Made by a program: the position numbers and the translations under genes. The notes under the pieces were generated by a model. The model was not told the origin of the DNA. It did not search any database and saw only the letters and a list, made by a program, of their open reading frames with translations. A stretch of DNA of 64,000 bases, from positions 71,302,001 through 71,366,000 of the forward strand of contig NC_087436.1 of the NCBI RefSeq assembly GCF_036321535.1. Direction: 5' to 3'. The DNA comes from Camelus dromedarius. Lineage: Eukaryota. Positions 1 through 13,469 of the stretch are shown piece by piece; positions within the stretch are counted from its first letter, which is position 1; every line of letters begins with the position of its first letter.

Positions 1-300
1 TGCTGTAGCTCCAGCCATCATGTGTTCTTTGGCTTCTGTGTGTCAGGATTTCAGACAGGGCCCAATAAGGATGGCTGGTCTTTGTTCCAAATGTCTTGGG
101 ACTAGCTGGGAAGATTTAAAGAGCTGGAAGTGACTTGAATGGCTGAGGTCTAGAATCATCTGAAGAATCTTCATTTTTACATCTAGCACCTAGACTGCCA
201 TAACTCAAAGACTTGCCTCTCCATGTAGCTAGGGCTTCCCACAGTGGGTGGCTGTTTTCTGAGAAAGATACCAGAGGGGAGCACCCAAGAGGAATCACCT
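1..300. mobile_element. MLT1-type (ERVL-MaLR) LTR fragment
   Basis: Motifs 'ggctgaggtctagaatcatctgaag' and 'ctccatgtagctagggcttcccacagtgg' resemble the MLT1 consensus as I recall it; subfamily uncertain. Confidence 0.6.
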
Positions 301-567
301 AGGTGGGGAGCACTGGAGAGGGACTGCTCAGAGTGCCAGGAAAGGTAGCTTTACATGAAAAAACTTACCAGTGCATTTTAGATAGTATCAAGAAAGAGGC
401 AGTTTTCTGTTGTTTCATCTTGAAATTAGATCTTTGGCTGTTATTTAGGATGTTACTTGCCACTCATGTGAAAAGGGGTGACAGATATCCTTAAGTTCAA
501 AGACTAGATTCACCACTGGAAGTTCTAGTCACCTAAGATCTCCAAACTTCAATTTTCCCCTTTGTTT

Positions 568-568
<1 letters not shown>

Positions 569-640
<72 letters not shown>

Positions 641-670
641 GTAATAATAATAATAATAATACAATAATAA
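569..670 (+). repeat. (AAT)n microsatellite
   Basis: Pure AAT run from about 571 to 640, then interrupted copies. Confidence 0.98.
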
Positions 671-939
671 GAGGATATTATAGTATATACTAATATGTTA
701 CTATATAATGCTCCAATAGTAATACTACTTTGACCAATTAATATGAAAGTTATGAAACTTACCCATCATGATGTCTGGAACATGGGAATTAATTTTCAAA
801 AGTTAGTTCCCTACTCTTATCTGCCTGGTGAAATCCTCTTCAGTCACCACAACCCAGTTAAAAGATGTGTATACCTAAAACTCCCTCCTTCACCAGTAAA
901 AGTCAGTTCCTTCCATGTTCCTCTCATGATATAATTTGT

Positions 940-1055
940 GCATTCAGCCATTCAACAAGCATCTGTTGAGTGACAAGCACTATGTTTGGGAATAGATGTG
1001 CATTGTTTAGTAAAAACAGTTTGAGTCCCCACCATCACAAAGCTTACCCTCTAGA
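940..1055 (-). mobile_element. L2 3' end fragment
   Basis: 'cattcagccattcaacaagcatctgttgag...aaagcttaccctctag' matches the reverse-complement L2 tail pattern. Confidence 0.6.
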
Positions 1056-2349
1056 ATTAAAATGTCTTTATCCGCACCTATACAATGATCTGACTGAGGG
1101 TCACCACGGTATCTTGTTCAGCACACTCCTGACCATTGATAGACTCTCACAAATGTTCGTGGAATTAACTTTTCACAAAATATAGAGCAGCTTAAGCCTT
1201 GGTAATCCAGCACAATCCATATTACAATAAACTAATGTGATTTTAACAGGCAATGTTTCCATTTAGAGAAATCTGTGATCCCAGAGACACCAGAATGGGA
1301 AACAAAATGAATGAATGAATGAGTTAATTAATTAATAGGTCCAGGACAACTCATTCATATTCCCAGTTCAACAAGTCTCGTTTCATTTTTTCACTATTAT
1401 TAGGTCAATATTCCTCAAAATCCTGGCAATATAAAAGAATGATGGCCAGTCATTCTGGTGATCCTCTGTGGTCATTCAAGTGTGATCTCCAGTTCCAACC
1501 AACACAAGCCTAATGGGCAGCAGAACAGCTATACAAGGAAGACAGAGTCTCATATTTGTGGAACTGAAACACAGGTAAGTAATCACCCTAGTGAACAGTC
1601 CCTGTATGTATCACCACATCCTGCAGGAAACTTAAAAAGCAGCTCCATTTTTGGCTATGGTGGCAGCAGGCAAGAGGACACACACTGCTCCTGCTGTGCG
1701 TGTCTGAGTGAAAACTGGTCCGGTGCTGACTTCCTTTCTCAGGAGGAAATGCAAACACATAAATGCACAGACAGTTCCTTTTCCTATTCCTAGAAAAGCA
1801 AATGAGGAAAGGATTCCCTGCTACTATCACCAAATTCTAAATTGAGAGGTAAAGAGGTACACAAATTTCCGTGTATGACTCATGATAAAAATTTATTCCT
1901 CTCAAGTCTTTCCAAGATTGTAAAAAATAAGTTAGTAGCTGTCATCATGGTCTTATCCTGGACATTGAAAGATAAACATTAAACACCTCAGGGTGTTTTT
2001 TTCCAATTTAAATCTAAACCCAGGTTTACAATTACTGTCTGTGTTAAAGGTAATGTGTTCACATGTGAATTTCTCTAACTTTTTAAATCTGGGGATTTAA
2101 ATATATGAGCATTTGTGTTTGGATGTGTGTTCAGCTTTCTTTCTTTCATTCTTCTTGTTTGTGTGAAGCTATAAACATGTTTTAAGGAATTAAGTGGTCA
2201 GTTAGTCTCACACATGAAAATGGCATTTAAAGCCTGGATATAATCAAAGGAAGATAGAATAGTTGACTTTTTATTTTTACCTATTTTACTTTGTGAGTTG
2301 GGGTGCAAACTGGAAGAAGCAAAGGATAAACTCAGATCATAATACTAGA

Positions 2350-2655
2350 TAATTCATAATAGCCAAGAAGTGGAAAAGCCAAACATCCCTCAACTGAAGA
2401 ATGGATAAATGAAATGTGATATAGCCATATGATGGAATATCATTCTGTAATAAAAAGTAATAAAGAACTGATATGTGTATGACATGGATGAGCTTTTAAA
2501 AACATGCTAAGTGAAAGAAGCCAATCACGCAAGAACACATACTGTATGATTCAATTTATGCAAAATGCCTAGAATAGGCAAATCCACAGAAACAGAAAAT
2601 AGATCAGCGGTTGCCTAGAACTGAGGGGAGAGGGAAAGCAATGGGAGGAAATGGA
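2350..2655 (+). mobile_element. Old L1 (L1MB-like) ORF2 end/3' UTR fragment
   Basis: 'ttcataatagccaagaagtggaaaa...atggataaatgaaatgtg...catgctaagtgaaagaagcca...atactgtatgattcaatttat'. Confidence 0.85.
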
Positions 2656-3947
2656 GGGTCCCCTAAAATCAACTGGGAGGGTAGAACAATGAACAAAGTC
2701 AGAGCCCTTCCAGGAAGGAAGGTGAACAACCACCTCAGAAGACAGGTGATCAGAGCAGTGCTTGATCCAAACACCATCTCACATGCAGAACAAATAAACA
2801 GGCTGTTTAACCTACAGCAGGGAAGGCTATGTTGAAGTCTTCAGATACGGGAAGGATCGCATGAAGGACAAGATCCCTGGTTAATTTAATCTGAAGCCTT
2901 ACAAACCATAGCTCTCCACCAATATGTGCAGAGCAGACTCCTGGGAGGGCAGTATTTAGACTAGTCATGTAAAGGCTGACTCACCATCAACTCAGAATAT
3001 AGTCATTGGATAGAACTAGCTAACCTAAGATTTTTTTGTACCCCTTCTCTAGTTTGGCTGAATCAAGCACGTAGGAAATTTGCCCCAAATTTCCTCTCTC
3101 ATCCTCCTTTACAAATCTGCCAATTTAAATTAAAAATCTAAAAGTGATATTATTAAGTATCAAGAAAGGAAACAACAAAATGATTTTTCATAAGCCAAAT
3201 AGCCTTTTCTGAAATCCAACAATATAGTAAAGAAAACAAAGAGAATTTGGAGGGGTCTAAAGCAAGTCTAAACATCAGCACCATTTGCCATTTTCCATTT
3301 CCCTGATAGTCTTCAATCAGAGCTCCAATCCTATCAAAGGCAAATGTTTTTACGGTCAGTCTATTAAGCAGAAAGGATTGCTGATCTTACAAGGTCCCTG
3401 GCTTCAGCCAGAGCTTACTAAATAAATACAAATGTCTGAGAATTCCTTATGCCTTTCTTTACTGTTATCCCAACTGCCAAAGAGAACAAGAAAAAGGAGC
3501 AATATCATTGAGACCATGGAGGGAGCCTGTTACTAACAATCACCCTCCGCCATTCTGCCAAGTTCTACTTTCCAATTTCCATTCTGACATCTTTTCACGC
3601 AGTTAATATTGATGACTATTTAGACGAATAATAGGATCCCAACCCAAATTTATTTGACTTCAAGAACAGAACTTCAGTCAAGTGCAGATAAAGTTATCAG
3701 GTATTCAATCACTGCAAAATCTGAGTCAAAACATTCTCCCTGACAGCACATTTTGTAAATAAATTTAACAAAATGTAGATGTTAAATCTACTTAGGTTTT
3801 CCTTGTGTTCAAAAACGACTCAGATTTTGAGACATGAGGCAAAAAGGATCTAAATTTTTTTGAGAAATGTCTTTGCTCCATACTCCTCTTCATCTCAATC
3901 ACTTACAACTTCATTTACACATTTGACAGTAGATTTTAAACATAAAG

Positions 3948-5360
3948 AAGGAGGCAAGAACATAGAATGGAGAAAAGAAACAGTCTCTTCAGCAAGTGGT
4001 GTTGGGAAAACTGGACAGTAGCATGTAAATCCGTGAAGTTAGAACACTCCCTCACACCATACACAAAAATAAACTCAAAATGGCTTAAAGACTTACACAT
4101 AAGACTCTATAAACCCCCTAGAAGAAAATATAGGCAAAACATTCCCTGACATTAATCTTAACAATGTTCTCCTAGGGTGGTCTACCCAGGCAATAGAAAT
4201 AAAAGCAAAAATAAACAAATGGGACCTAATTAAATTTACAAGCTTTTGCACAGCAAAGGAAACCATAAGCAAAAAAAATGACAACCTATGGAATGGGAGA
4301 AAACATTTGCAAATGATGCAAATGATGCGACTGGCGCCAGAATATATGAACAACTCATACAATTTAATAAGAAAAAAACAAATAGCCCAATCCAAAAATG
4401 GGCAGAAGACCTAAACAAGCAATTCTCCAATGAAGACACACAAATGGCCAATAGGCACATGAAAAAATGCTCAATATTGCTAATTATCAGAGAAATGCAA
4501 ATCAAAACTACGAGATATCACTTCACATCAGTCAGAATGGCCATCATTAAAAAGTCCATGAATGATAAATGCTGGAGAGGGTGTGGAGAAAAGCGAACCC
4601 TCCTATACTGTTGTTGGGCATGTAGTTTGGTGCAGCCACTATGGAAAACAGTACAGAGATTCCTCAAAAGACTGAAAATAGACTTACCATATGATCCAGC
4701 AATCCCACTCCTGGGCATATATCTGGAGGGAATTCTAATTCAAAAAGATACAGCATCCCAATGTTCATAGCAGCACTATTTACAATAGCCAAGACATGGA
4801 AGCAGCCTAAATGTCCATCCACAGATGACTGGATAAAGAAGTCATGGTATATTTATACGATGGAATACTCCTCACCCATTAAAAATAATAAAACAATGCC
4901 ATTTGCAGCAACATGGATGCATCTGGAGATTGTCATTCTAAGTGGAGTGGCAGAAAGAGAAAGAAAAATACCATATGATATCACACATATGTGGAATCTA
5001 AAAAAAAAAAGAAAGAAAGAAAAGAGGACACTAGTGAACCCATCTACAAAACAGAAGCAGACTCGCAGACACAGTAAACAATCTTAAGGTTACTGGGGGA
5101 AAGGGAGTGAGGAGGGATAAATTTGGGAGTTCGAGATTTGCATATGCTAGCTACTATATATAAAAACAGACAAAAAACAAATTTCTTCTGTACAGCACAG
5201 GAAACTATATTCACTATCTTGTAATAACCTTTAATGAAAAAGAATATGAAAATATATGTATGTATATGCATGACTGGGATATTGTGCTGTACACTAGAAA
5301 TTGACACATTATAATTGACCATACTTCAATTTAAAAAAAATAAAATAATAAAATAAAAGG
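3948..5360 (+). mobile_element. 5'-truncated young L1 (camelid-type): ORF2 C-terminus, 3' UTR, A-rich tail
   Basis: ORF-track peptides [36 protein letters not shown] (degenerate cysteine-rich domain) and [20 protein letters not shown] are L1 ORF2p; the frame is broken and the element ends in an A-rich tail. Confidence 0.97.
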
Positions 5361-5649
5361 TTATACAAAGTTAAAAAAAAAAAAAGGAACACAAATGACT
5401 CTAAAAGGCAAAAATTCTGACCCTAACACAGCAAGTGTCAGCCCTAGTTTGTCTCTTCCTTTGTTTCAGAGAGGAAAACGGGAAGTCACCCCGTGCAGTT
5501 CATGTCTAAAAACGTAATCACGTGTCCCTGCTGGCCTGCAGGTTTCACCAGTGTACTTGTCAGGCCCATCACAGTGCTACTTCCACTGAATTTTCACCAA
5601 AGACCTAGACTTATTTTCTTCACCCAAAATAATTAATTTTTGAGTATAA

Positions 5650-5730
5650 ATCCAATGGAGGCCTCTCTGTTTTCATCTCACCTGATCTTTTGCCTGTCCT
5701 GTGTGTACCTCACCTTATTACTCTCTGCTT
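5650..5730 (+). mobile_element. L2 ORF2 fragment (5' part of the copy split by Zaphod)
   Basis: 'tccaatggaggcctctctgttttcatctcacctgatct' resembles L2 sequence that resumes at about 6695. Confidence 0.5.
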
Positions 5731-5731
5731 C

Positions 5732-6693
5732 CAGAGGAAGCTAAAGAAGTTTAAGGTTCAGACCCCCCTTTTTTTTTTTTGCAAACATCACATCTAAGGC
5801 CCAGGGAGGGGCCTTAACAATGTTCCATGAAGCATTTCCACGACACATTGCAAAAAATAAGATACGTTATCCTCAACTTGTTAAGACTGCTGTCTCTTTC
5901 ACTTTGACTTCCCCTCTATCACATTTGCCCTTATGTTGGGAGGCTCTGGTGAGCATTTTTGGGATCTGTATAGATAGAAACTGAGTCGGGAGTATATTCA
6001 ATGTGGGTTCAGTGGGGTCTATTTCTGTGGTTCACATAACTTTCTTGTGTAGTTCAGTTATTGCTACTTGTCCCCAGGGTAGAAACGCCTTCCTGGGTTA
6101 CAAAAACATCAGTAATACACTAGTTGATGAGTATCATCAAGTCAAAGATTATTTATGATCAGTCAGTGTGTGTGCAAACTTGAAATGCCCTGAAATCTTA
6201 AAGCTCATCTATGAAAGAAATGTGAGAGATGCTTTCCACATTTTGGCAATAATCCTAAAAATTTTACATGACATTATCAGTAGTAGGCTGTGATACTTAA
6301 AATAACTTTTCTAAATATATCAATAATAAAACTATAATTTCAAACAGCCATGATAAATACTGAGCTATTACCTGTCTACTCTCTCTATAAAATATATTAC
6401 AAAATTGTAATACAAAGAAGCAATACCAGAATAAGTACACCCCACAAAAAAGTAGAAGAAAAAGTGTTATGTAAGTGCAGCAGGTGTTTCAATTAACAAA
6501 ATTATGTTTTCCTGAATTCTGTGATATGTGTGGCATTTTTTAGCTCTTTACTTTGTGATTTTCCAAGGTTTCTTTCTCATTCTAAATAATCACATTAGTA
6601 CCTAATTGGTATTAATAATTCTACATTATTTATCTTTAAAAAGACCCTAGCATTGATTAAATTCAGATCCCACCAAACCTAAAGCCACATCTG
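5732..6693 (+). mobile_element. Zaphod (hAT-Tip100) DNA transposon, internally deleted, both ends present
   Basis: 5' end 'cagaggaagctaaagaagtttaaggttcag...ggcccagggaggggcctt'; degraded hAT dimerisation-domain DNA at about 6230-6400; 3' end 'ttcagatcccaccaaacctaaagccacatctg'. Confidence 0.8.
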
Positions 6694-6694
6694 A

Positions 6695-7857
6695 CTCATT
6701 GTTGAAAACGCTATCTTCCCTTGGCCTCTGGGGAATAATACTCTCTTCCTTTTCCTCCCATTATACTGACTACTCCTCTGTCTCATTTACTAGATCTTTC
6801 TCTAACCCATAAAATGTCCATACTTCTTGTAATGGGGCATGAAGACTCTGTTCTGGATCCCCTTCTTTTTTCTGACAATTTACCTCCCTTAGGTGATCCC
6901 ATCCAATCCCATGACTCTAAAGTGCATCTCCAACTGCTGATGTCACCTAAATCTCCAGCCCTGTCCTCATGGTGAGGCTCCCGTCTTGGTTATACAGCTG
7001 CCTACTCGACACATCTCCACAGGAGCATCTAACAGACCTCTCGTACTCTCCACGGCCAAAACAGAACTCTTGAACTTGCTACCTAAACCCACTGCCCCAC
7101 TAGAGGTCCCCATTTTAGGAAATACCCCATCAGTACTTTTCCTCACAGCCAAAATCTGAGACTTAACCACTGTTTCCTCTCTTTCTCTCACTCCACAAGT
7201 CACATTTATCAGCAAATCTTGTCAATCTACCCTCAAAAGTTATCCCAAATTCATCTCTCCTTTTCATCCCCCTTACTGCTGCTATGGTCCAAGCCACCAT
7301 CATCTTTCACCTTGAAAACAAATCTCTTCCTTAGACTTGCCCCTCCCCCATTCCATTCTCTACACAGCAAGTTTACCTTTTTTTAAAAAAAGTAGATCGT
7401 ACTACATCATCCTTCTGCTTAAAACCCTCCATGGCACCGACAATTAAACGTTTTACTCTGGTCTACAATATAAGGTGTGACTTTTTCCCGTCTCGCTGAC
7501 TTTGTCCTCTAACCCAAAGCTCCCCTTCTTAGCAGTTCTCTCTGCCTGATATGTTTTGCCTCTCGATCCTCCTGATTTTCCTTAAATCTCACACTTTCTT
7601 TTCTTTCCGCTGTCAACCTAAACATCACCTCTCCCTGAGTACCTCAAACACCTCAGTCACTTCTTGTCACCTCACCGTGTTTTATTTCTCTGCGTCACAC
7701 TTAGACCTTTATTAATCTGATTTTGTGTATATTTATTGGTTTACTATCCATCTCTCTCTAGAAACCTTGCCTGGCATTCTCATCATGGTGGCCCCACCAC
7801 CTAGAACAGTGCTTCACCTGCCCTCTTAAGCCCTCAATACACTGTTCTGAAAAATGA
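6695..7857 (+). mobile_element. L2 (L2a-like) ORF2 3' part and tail
   Basis: 'ccttaggtgatcccatccaatcccatgact', 'cagctgcctactcgacacatctccac', 'ggtccaagccaccatcatct' and terminal 'cctagaacagtgc'. Confidence 0.88.
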
Positions 7858-8599
7858 CACTAATAATCTTGGTGTCCATGACTCCAGATCTGTCTCAAAG
7901 GTTATATTACACTGTTTGTTTTGGAAAAGGGGTAGACAAAGCCAGTATTACATTTTTCTTTATATGACCACTGCTTGGAACCATATTTTTGTACTTCACA
8001 GAGGCACTGAATGATGTAACCAGCTTTTGTGATCATAAATATGCTGCAGGGGCCATGTGACTGGGCTTTGGCACTAAGGAAAAGCATGTAAGGCACTCCT
8101 GCCCTAGAAAAAGACATCTCATTTAGTTTTTCAGGCAAGACTTGTTTATGTGTCTGTGTAAGAGGCATCAAAACTACAAAAATCTACATTTAATCCATCC
8201 TGTGACTATTTCCAAATCGCTGTTCTCTGCAGAAGTCTTTTACAACACAGTGCTTCACCCTGCCTGTGTAGAGGTAGCAACTGGTTTGTCCTAGAGAATT
8301 TTTTCCTAGACTTTCAATGGTGCCAATGCCACAAATACACATAAGGCCTGCCATGATTATGACATCGAGAATGTCTACGGTGAACCTAATCTGTGACAAA
8401 GGTTCTACTCCCACAAAGATGCAGTCTCCATGAAGTTCTTCTCAATCAGCAATACTGGTCCATTCCAGCTGGTGGCTGGTGCAATCATGACAGTCTCTCT
8501 CACCTGCCTTGCTAGAAGGACCTTCATAAAAGAACCAGGACGGTTCAGATAGACAAAAACAGTGTATGAATGTTTCCATCCCTCACTACTCTCAGAAAA

Positions 8600-8812
8600 A
8601 GAATAGGAGGAATAGGAGAAGGAATGTGTTGGGGGCAGAGGGGAGAGAGAAATAAAGAGGAAGAGCGGAAAAGGGAAGAGAGGGAGGAAGTGAACAGAGA
8701 AAGAGGGAGACAGTGAAAGAGAAAGGAAGCAAGGAAGGAAGGAAGGAAGGAAGGGAGGAAGGGAGGAAGGGAGGAAGGAAGGTAGAAAGTAAAGAAAAGC
8801 AGAAAGAAAGAA
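8600..8812 (+). repeat. Purine-rich low complexity / (GGAA)n
   Basis: GA-rich tract with a GGAA/GGGA array at about 8722-8782. Confidence 0.92.
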
Positions 8813-9857
8813 ACTGCCATCTGATAAGATGTTCCAAAAGAAAATAGCACTAACACACAATTTCCATTATTTGCACTAAAGAGACAGACTGCAGACAAGT
8901 GGAAGGACAGCATACCTTTTCATGAAATCATCTGCAGACCTTTAGGAGTGTCAAAGCTGAATTCTGGCCGGAGAAGTTGGCCAGGTATCTAAAACTGGAA
9001 AGGATCAAGTCTGACCCAATCCTGGCTGGATCTATGGATTCTTGAAGGTCAAGTAACATTTAGCACAAAGTGACTGCCTCCTGGCTAAAATGAATCTGAG
9101 CTGCTCAGAACAGATGTCAGCCAAAGAAAAAAAAAAAAAAAGCAAAACAAAAAACAAAACAGTCGATAATGGGAAAAGAATGACACTGATTTCTCAATAA
9201 TGTCTGAGGTCATTTCTTACTGGCAGGTTCCAAAATGGTAGCAAACCATGAATATACTAGATTGGCAATCAAAAGAAAATATATGAAACCAAATATTTAA
9301 AAGAGGTGTGGACGCACTAGTGGAAAAGCTAGCCCTGTTCTAATGCCAGTATATTTAGAAATAAGGCCAATGCTATTTTATGATGTAAATTGAACATTTT
9401 TCAGATCCAGAAGTTTGTAACTACAGATGCAGAAATAGCATGATACTGATGATACTGGGGAAAAAAGTTTGTTACACTAACTGGCTCCAAATACTTTTCA
9501 AAATTTCAAAATAATGAAACCAAAAGCAAAACCCAATATATATTTCTGAACATATTTTTCAGAAGTAAATGATGTATGTTGAAGGAAATATATAATCCAC
9601 CCATTATGCTCATATGTAAGTGGATCATTATTGGAGGTTTTAAACAGTAAAAAATATTTTTAAAGTTGTTTTTCCTTTTATTCACATTTATAAAAACAGA
9701 AACTGTTTGCAAAAATAAAAGCTGTTGTGCTTGGAAATCTTAAAAAGTATTGGCCAGCTATATAACTTTATCATCTGCAAAGTGTCAACTATAACAACAG
9801 AGTCATTTTATAATATATGTATGTATAATACATTTGCTGTATTAATATAATCAATAG

Positions 9858-9895
9858 AACATAATGTAACATAACATAACATAACATAACATAAT
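9858..9895 (+). repeat. (AACAT)n pentanucleotide repeat
   Basis: 'aacataacataacataacataacataa'. Confidence 0.85.
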
Positions 9896-10792
9896 TAAAT
9901 AAACATAGTATGTTTACCAGTCAATGAACATGTTTTGGGGTATTTACTTCTGTAAAACCGATCTCCCTTTTTTTTCTCATAAACAAAGCTGTCCTAATTA
10001 CCTTGAGGAAGCACAAGTTAGGACTCGGGTATTTCACATTTCAAATCGCTTCCCAGTGAAACTGTTTCTCAAGCTGCCGTATCAGGCTAGGGAACAGCAC
10101 ATTAGCACATAAGTCCACCATCCAGTAAGACCCTCCTTTTGAAACTGCCTGAGCAACCAGGCTCCTGTTTTCAACTAAGTTTCTTATTAAATCAAATTCA
10201 GCACTGGTCTGCATCCCTACAGGTCTCATAATACAAATGCATACGAGCCAATTTTACGCACGAGTGGAAGGGGTCTCTGCAGTGTAGATGGTCTTAGCCA
10301 TTTACTCCTACCGAGTGACTCAGGTTCCCTTGCCTTTGGTACCTCCCATCACCACCTCCTTCACAGCCTCTTCCTCAGCCTGAAACCACAATCTTGGTTG
10401 CAACTATCTGCCATGTTGAATTGTCAAATGTTGTTCTACTACATCTTAAGCTGATAATCTCCTAAGGGGTATAACAGAGTCTGGCCTCAAAGAAACATAA
10501 ACATGAGGAATGGTCTTTAAAGAAGGTCGAGGAGAGGCTGGGGAAGTGAGAAATCCCCCTGCAGCCATTGCTCTGTACTTTGACTCTACTTAGAAGTTTG
10601 TTATTATATTTGTGTATCAAAAGATCTGAAGAGTCCTACTGTAAAAGAAGCTAGAGTGCTTAACCAAATGCTCCCTAAATGTATTTGACCACAAACCTTT
10701 GCTTTATTTTATTACATTTCATTTTTCTCACCACCCACTAACATTCTAAAAAACAAACAAACAAATGAACAAAAACCCCCCAAAAAATCACC

Positions 10793-11213
10793 ACACAGAG
10801 AAAGAAAGATACTACCATATGATCTCAATTGTATGTGGAATCTGATTGGTGGTTGCCAGAGGCAGAAGATGAGGGGTGGGCGAATGGGTGAAGGGGCTCA
10901 GAAAGTACAAACTTCCATATGAAAATAAAAATAAAAACTTTTCCATTTAAAAAAAACTTTTCCATATAAAGATAAAATAAAAACTTTCATTTATAAAGTA
11001 AGTCATAGGGAAGTGACATACAGCATGGTAAATATAATTACTAATGCTGTATTGCACATTTGGAAGTTGCTGAGAGAGTAGATCTTATCATAAGAAAAAC
11101 AAAATCTATTAACCAAGTACAGTACAGATCATTTCACAAGATATACAAATATGGAACCATTATGTTGTACACCTGGAACGAATATCATGTTATATGTTAA
11201 TTACACCTCAAAA
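10793..11213 (+). mobile_element. L1 3' UTR fragment (L1MA9-like)
   Basis: 'ggtggttgccagaggc...gaatgggtgaagggg...aaagtacaaacttcca...ggaagttgctgagagagtagatctta...atgttgtacacctg'. Confidence 0.85.
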
Positions 11214-11454
11214 ATGTGGAAATGATGACTTATCACCCCTCTGAGGGGAATCTGGATTTATTAGGAAGTTCCTGATGAATCTTTGATAATACCATTTAAA
11301 ACCTCATGCCTGTTGGTAGTAGAAATAGTTGCAGAGAACCAGTCCTAATACATCTAGAGTTATTCCTCCTTGTAACTACAGAGCCTGCCTGCTGTTAAAA
11401 ATAACAGCTAAGACTTAACTGAGAGTTTAGTGTGTAGTGCTCGGGGTTCCAATC

Positions 11455-11575
11455 ATTTGTATTGCATAGATAAGGAAACTGAGGCACAAAAAGGCTAAAT
11501 CACTTAAAGGAAAACACTGCTCATACGTGGTAGAGGTGGGATTCAAATCCAAGCATCTGGCTCCAGAATCCCTGC
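11455..11575 (-). mobile_element. MIR SINE
   Basis: Core 'agataaggaaactgaggcaca' and 'ggattcaaatccaagcatctggctccaga'. Confidence 0.85.
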
Positions 11576-12404
11576 ATATTAATATCTCTAATAAACATTT
11601 TAAATGAGATAAATCTGTTCGGTTAGATAATAACCCTTTGGAGAACAATGAAGTAACACAAATACAAAGTGGTGTGGTCCCAGTACACAATGGCCATCCT
11701 TTAGACTGGCACTTGTTGATTTTCTTTCCCTTTGCTTGTGAGACAAGTGTGTTAAAACAAGGACCAGAGTGCAAACTCAGTAGGAATGGTTGTCATGATA
11801 GTTAACTTTAAGTAAAGCACCAAGTGAGCTTCAGGAGTTAAAAGAGAAACTCTCTGCCTCCAAAAATACCAAACTTCGTGTTCTACAGTGAGAAAAGGAA
11901 GAACTGGATAGATTTTGACTTTAAGGCTGTATTAACTTTGCCAATTTGGTGGGAATATGTGTAGACACACACACTTCTGAAACTTTAAAACAAAGATGAG
12001 GAGCGTTAACATTTTACTTTCATTCACAAAGACTAAAAGCAATTTGAATGAAAAATACTAATGAAATTAGTAAATTCTGTATTTCAACTCATAAGGACTG
12101 GTTATTTTATTTTGTGGTACTAATTTTTTGAATTAAGTATTGGATCTTTTCTGCTTACAAAATAATACATTATTGCATAGAATTCTGAAAAGTTTACTCT
12201 AATAATTCCGTCTGACATAAGCATTTTTAGTTTTATAGATAACTTACTATAAAATGATTTGTTGTCGGAAGGGCTAGAACCACTAAATTAAGAAAATCCA
12301 AAGATATGGGGAATTGTGATTAGAATATATATAGTATGAATTAGTGTAATTATATTATTAATATTATATTACTATACTCATACTAATGAAAACATAGGGT
12401 CATG

Positions 12405-12610
12405 TTTGGATTCAAACCTACCCCATTATAAGTGAGTCGCAAGCTTGGGAGTCTGGCAGACCTGAACAGAAATTCCAAGTTCAGTTTTCTCATCTGTAAA
12501 ATTGGGATCAGTACAGCAATCACTCCAGAGAGTTGCTTCAAGGATTGATGGCACAGCAACTTGGCACAAGCCTGACACACAGTGCTTGACACTTATTAGC
12601 TATTACTATC
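12405..12610 (+). mobile_element. MIR SINE
   Basis: 'tcagttttctcatctgtaaaattggga' core and 3' 'gcctgacacacagtgct...tattagctatta'. Confidence 0.8.
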
Positions 12611-13119
12611 GTTCTTATCAGTTAGTAGGCTTTGTCCTAGATAAAATCACATTAGTTGAAAAATTACCTTAATAAAATGTAATAGATTGAAGAAGACCAG
12701 AAAAGGGATATTAATTGCACTATGAGGATGAAACAAAGATAGAATCAGAAAAAGTGCATGGCCTGGAAGTGTATGATTAGTGGAGAAGAAACAGGGTTTG
12801 AAATGTATGAAGCCAGAATCTGGACTGCAGAAAATTCTCCCAGTCCTCAGATATGCAAAACTGCAAAGGAACTGATTTTCATCAGTGCCTGCTCAAAATG
12901 GAAATTCACCCTTGTCAGAAATATATTTGATAATTGAACATATGTAATTATGAGCACTCTATCTGTGCTGATTTTTTTCCTTTTTTTAATGAGAAATGCG
13001 TAAGATTGAATTTATCAGAACTCCTTTGTTTGTAAGGCACAATCCAGTAGCAGTACTATAAACAATAGAGATGGCACGTCATCTTTATTATCTGTAATAG
13101 GCACGTGTTGTTTGCATCT

Positions 13120-13469
13120 CAGTTATCATTAATAAAATACTAATTCTGATCCACCACCCAAAAGGAAAAAAACGACTTAACTTTCCATATTCTCTACAAA
13201 AAAATGATATTGCAAAATCAGTGATAAAGAGGAGATTAAAGGATGGGAGCCAAAAAAAAAAAAAAAAAGGAAAAAACACAGAAATATGCCAACAGTCACT
13301 TAATAAAAAAACATTATGCTTCTTCTGGATCTTGAGATGATAGTAATATTGGTCAGCTTTAGCAAGTTTGTAATTTTAGGGATTTTTTTTCTCATGCCAA
13401 ATGAATAGTCAGTATTGTAACCTAATTTTATGCAGGTTTCAGATCCCACGAAACCTGAATCCACCCCTG
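13120..13469 (+). mobile_element. Zaphod (hAT-Tip100) 3' fragment
   Basis: Similar to 6320-6693; ends in 'ttcagatcccacgaaacctgaatccacccctg'. Confidence 0.75.

Noticed and set aside
1572..1580. Perfect plus-strand donor CAG|GTAAGT
   Set aside because: No convincing acceptor or coding frame, and opposite to the inferred gene strand.
4288..5087. ORFs with clear protein similarity
   Set aside because: Frameshifted L1 ORF2 C-terminus from a 5'-truncated copy; not a host gene.
8405..8913. Overlapping Phe/Leu/Ser/Pro-rich ORFs
   Set aside because: Artefacts of the GA-rich microsatellite, which lacks stops.
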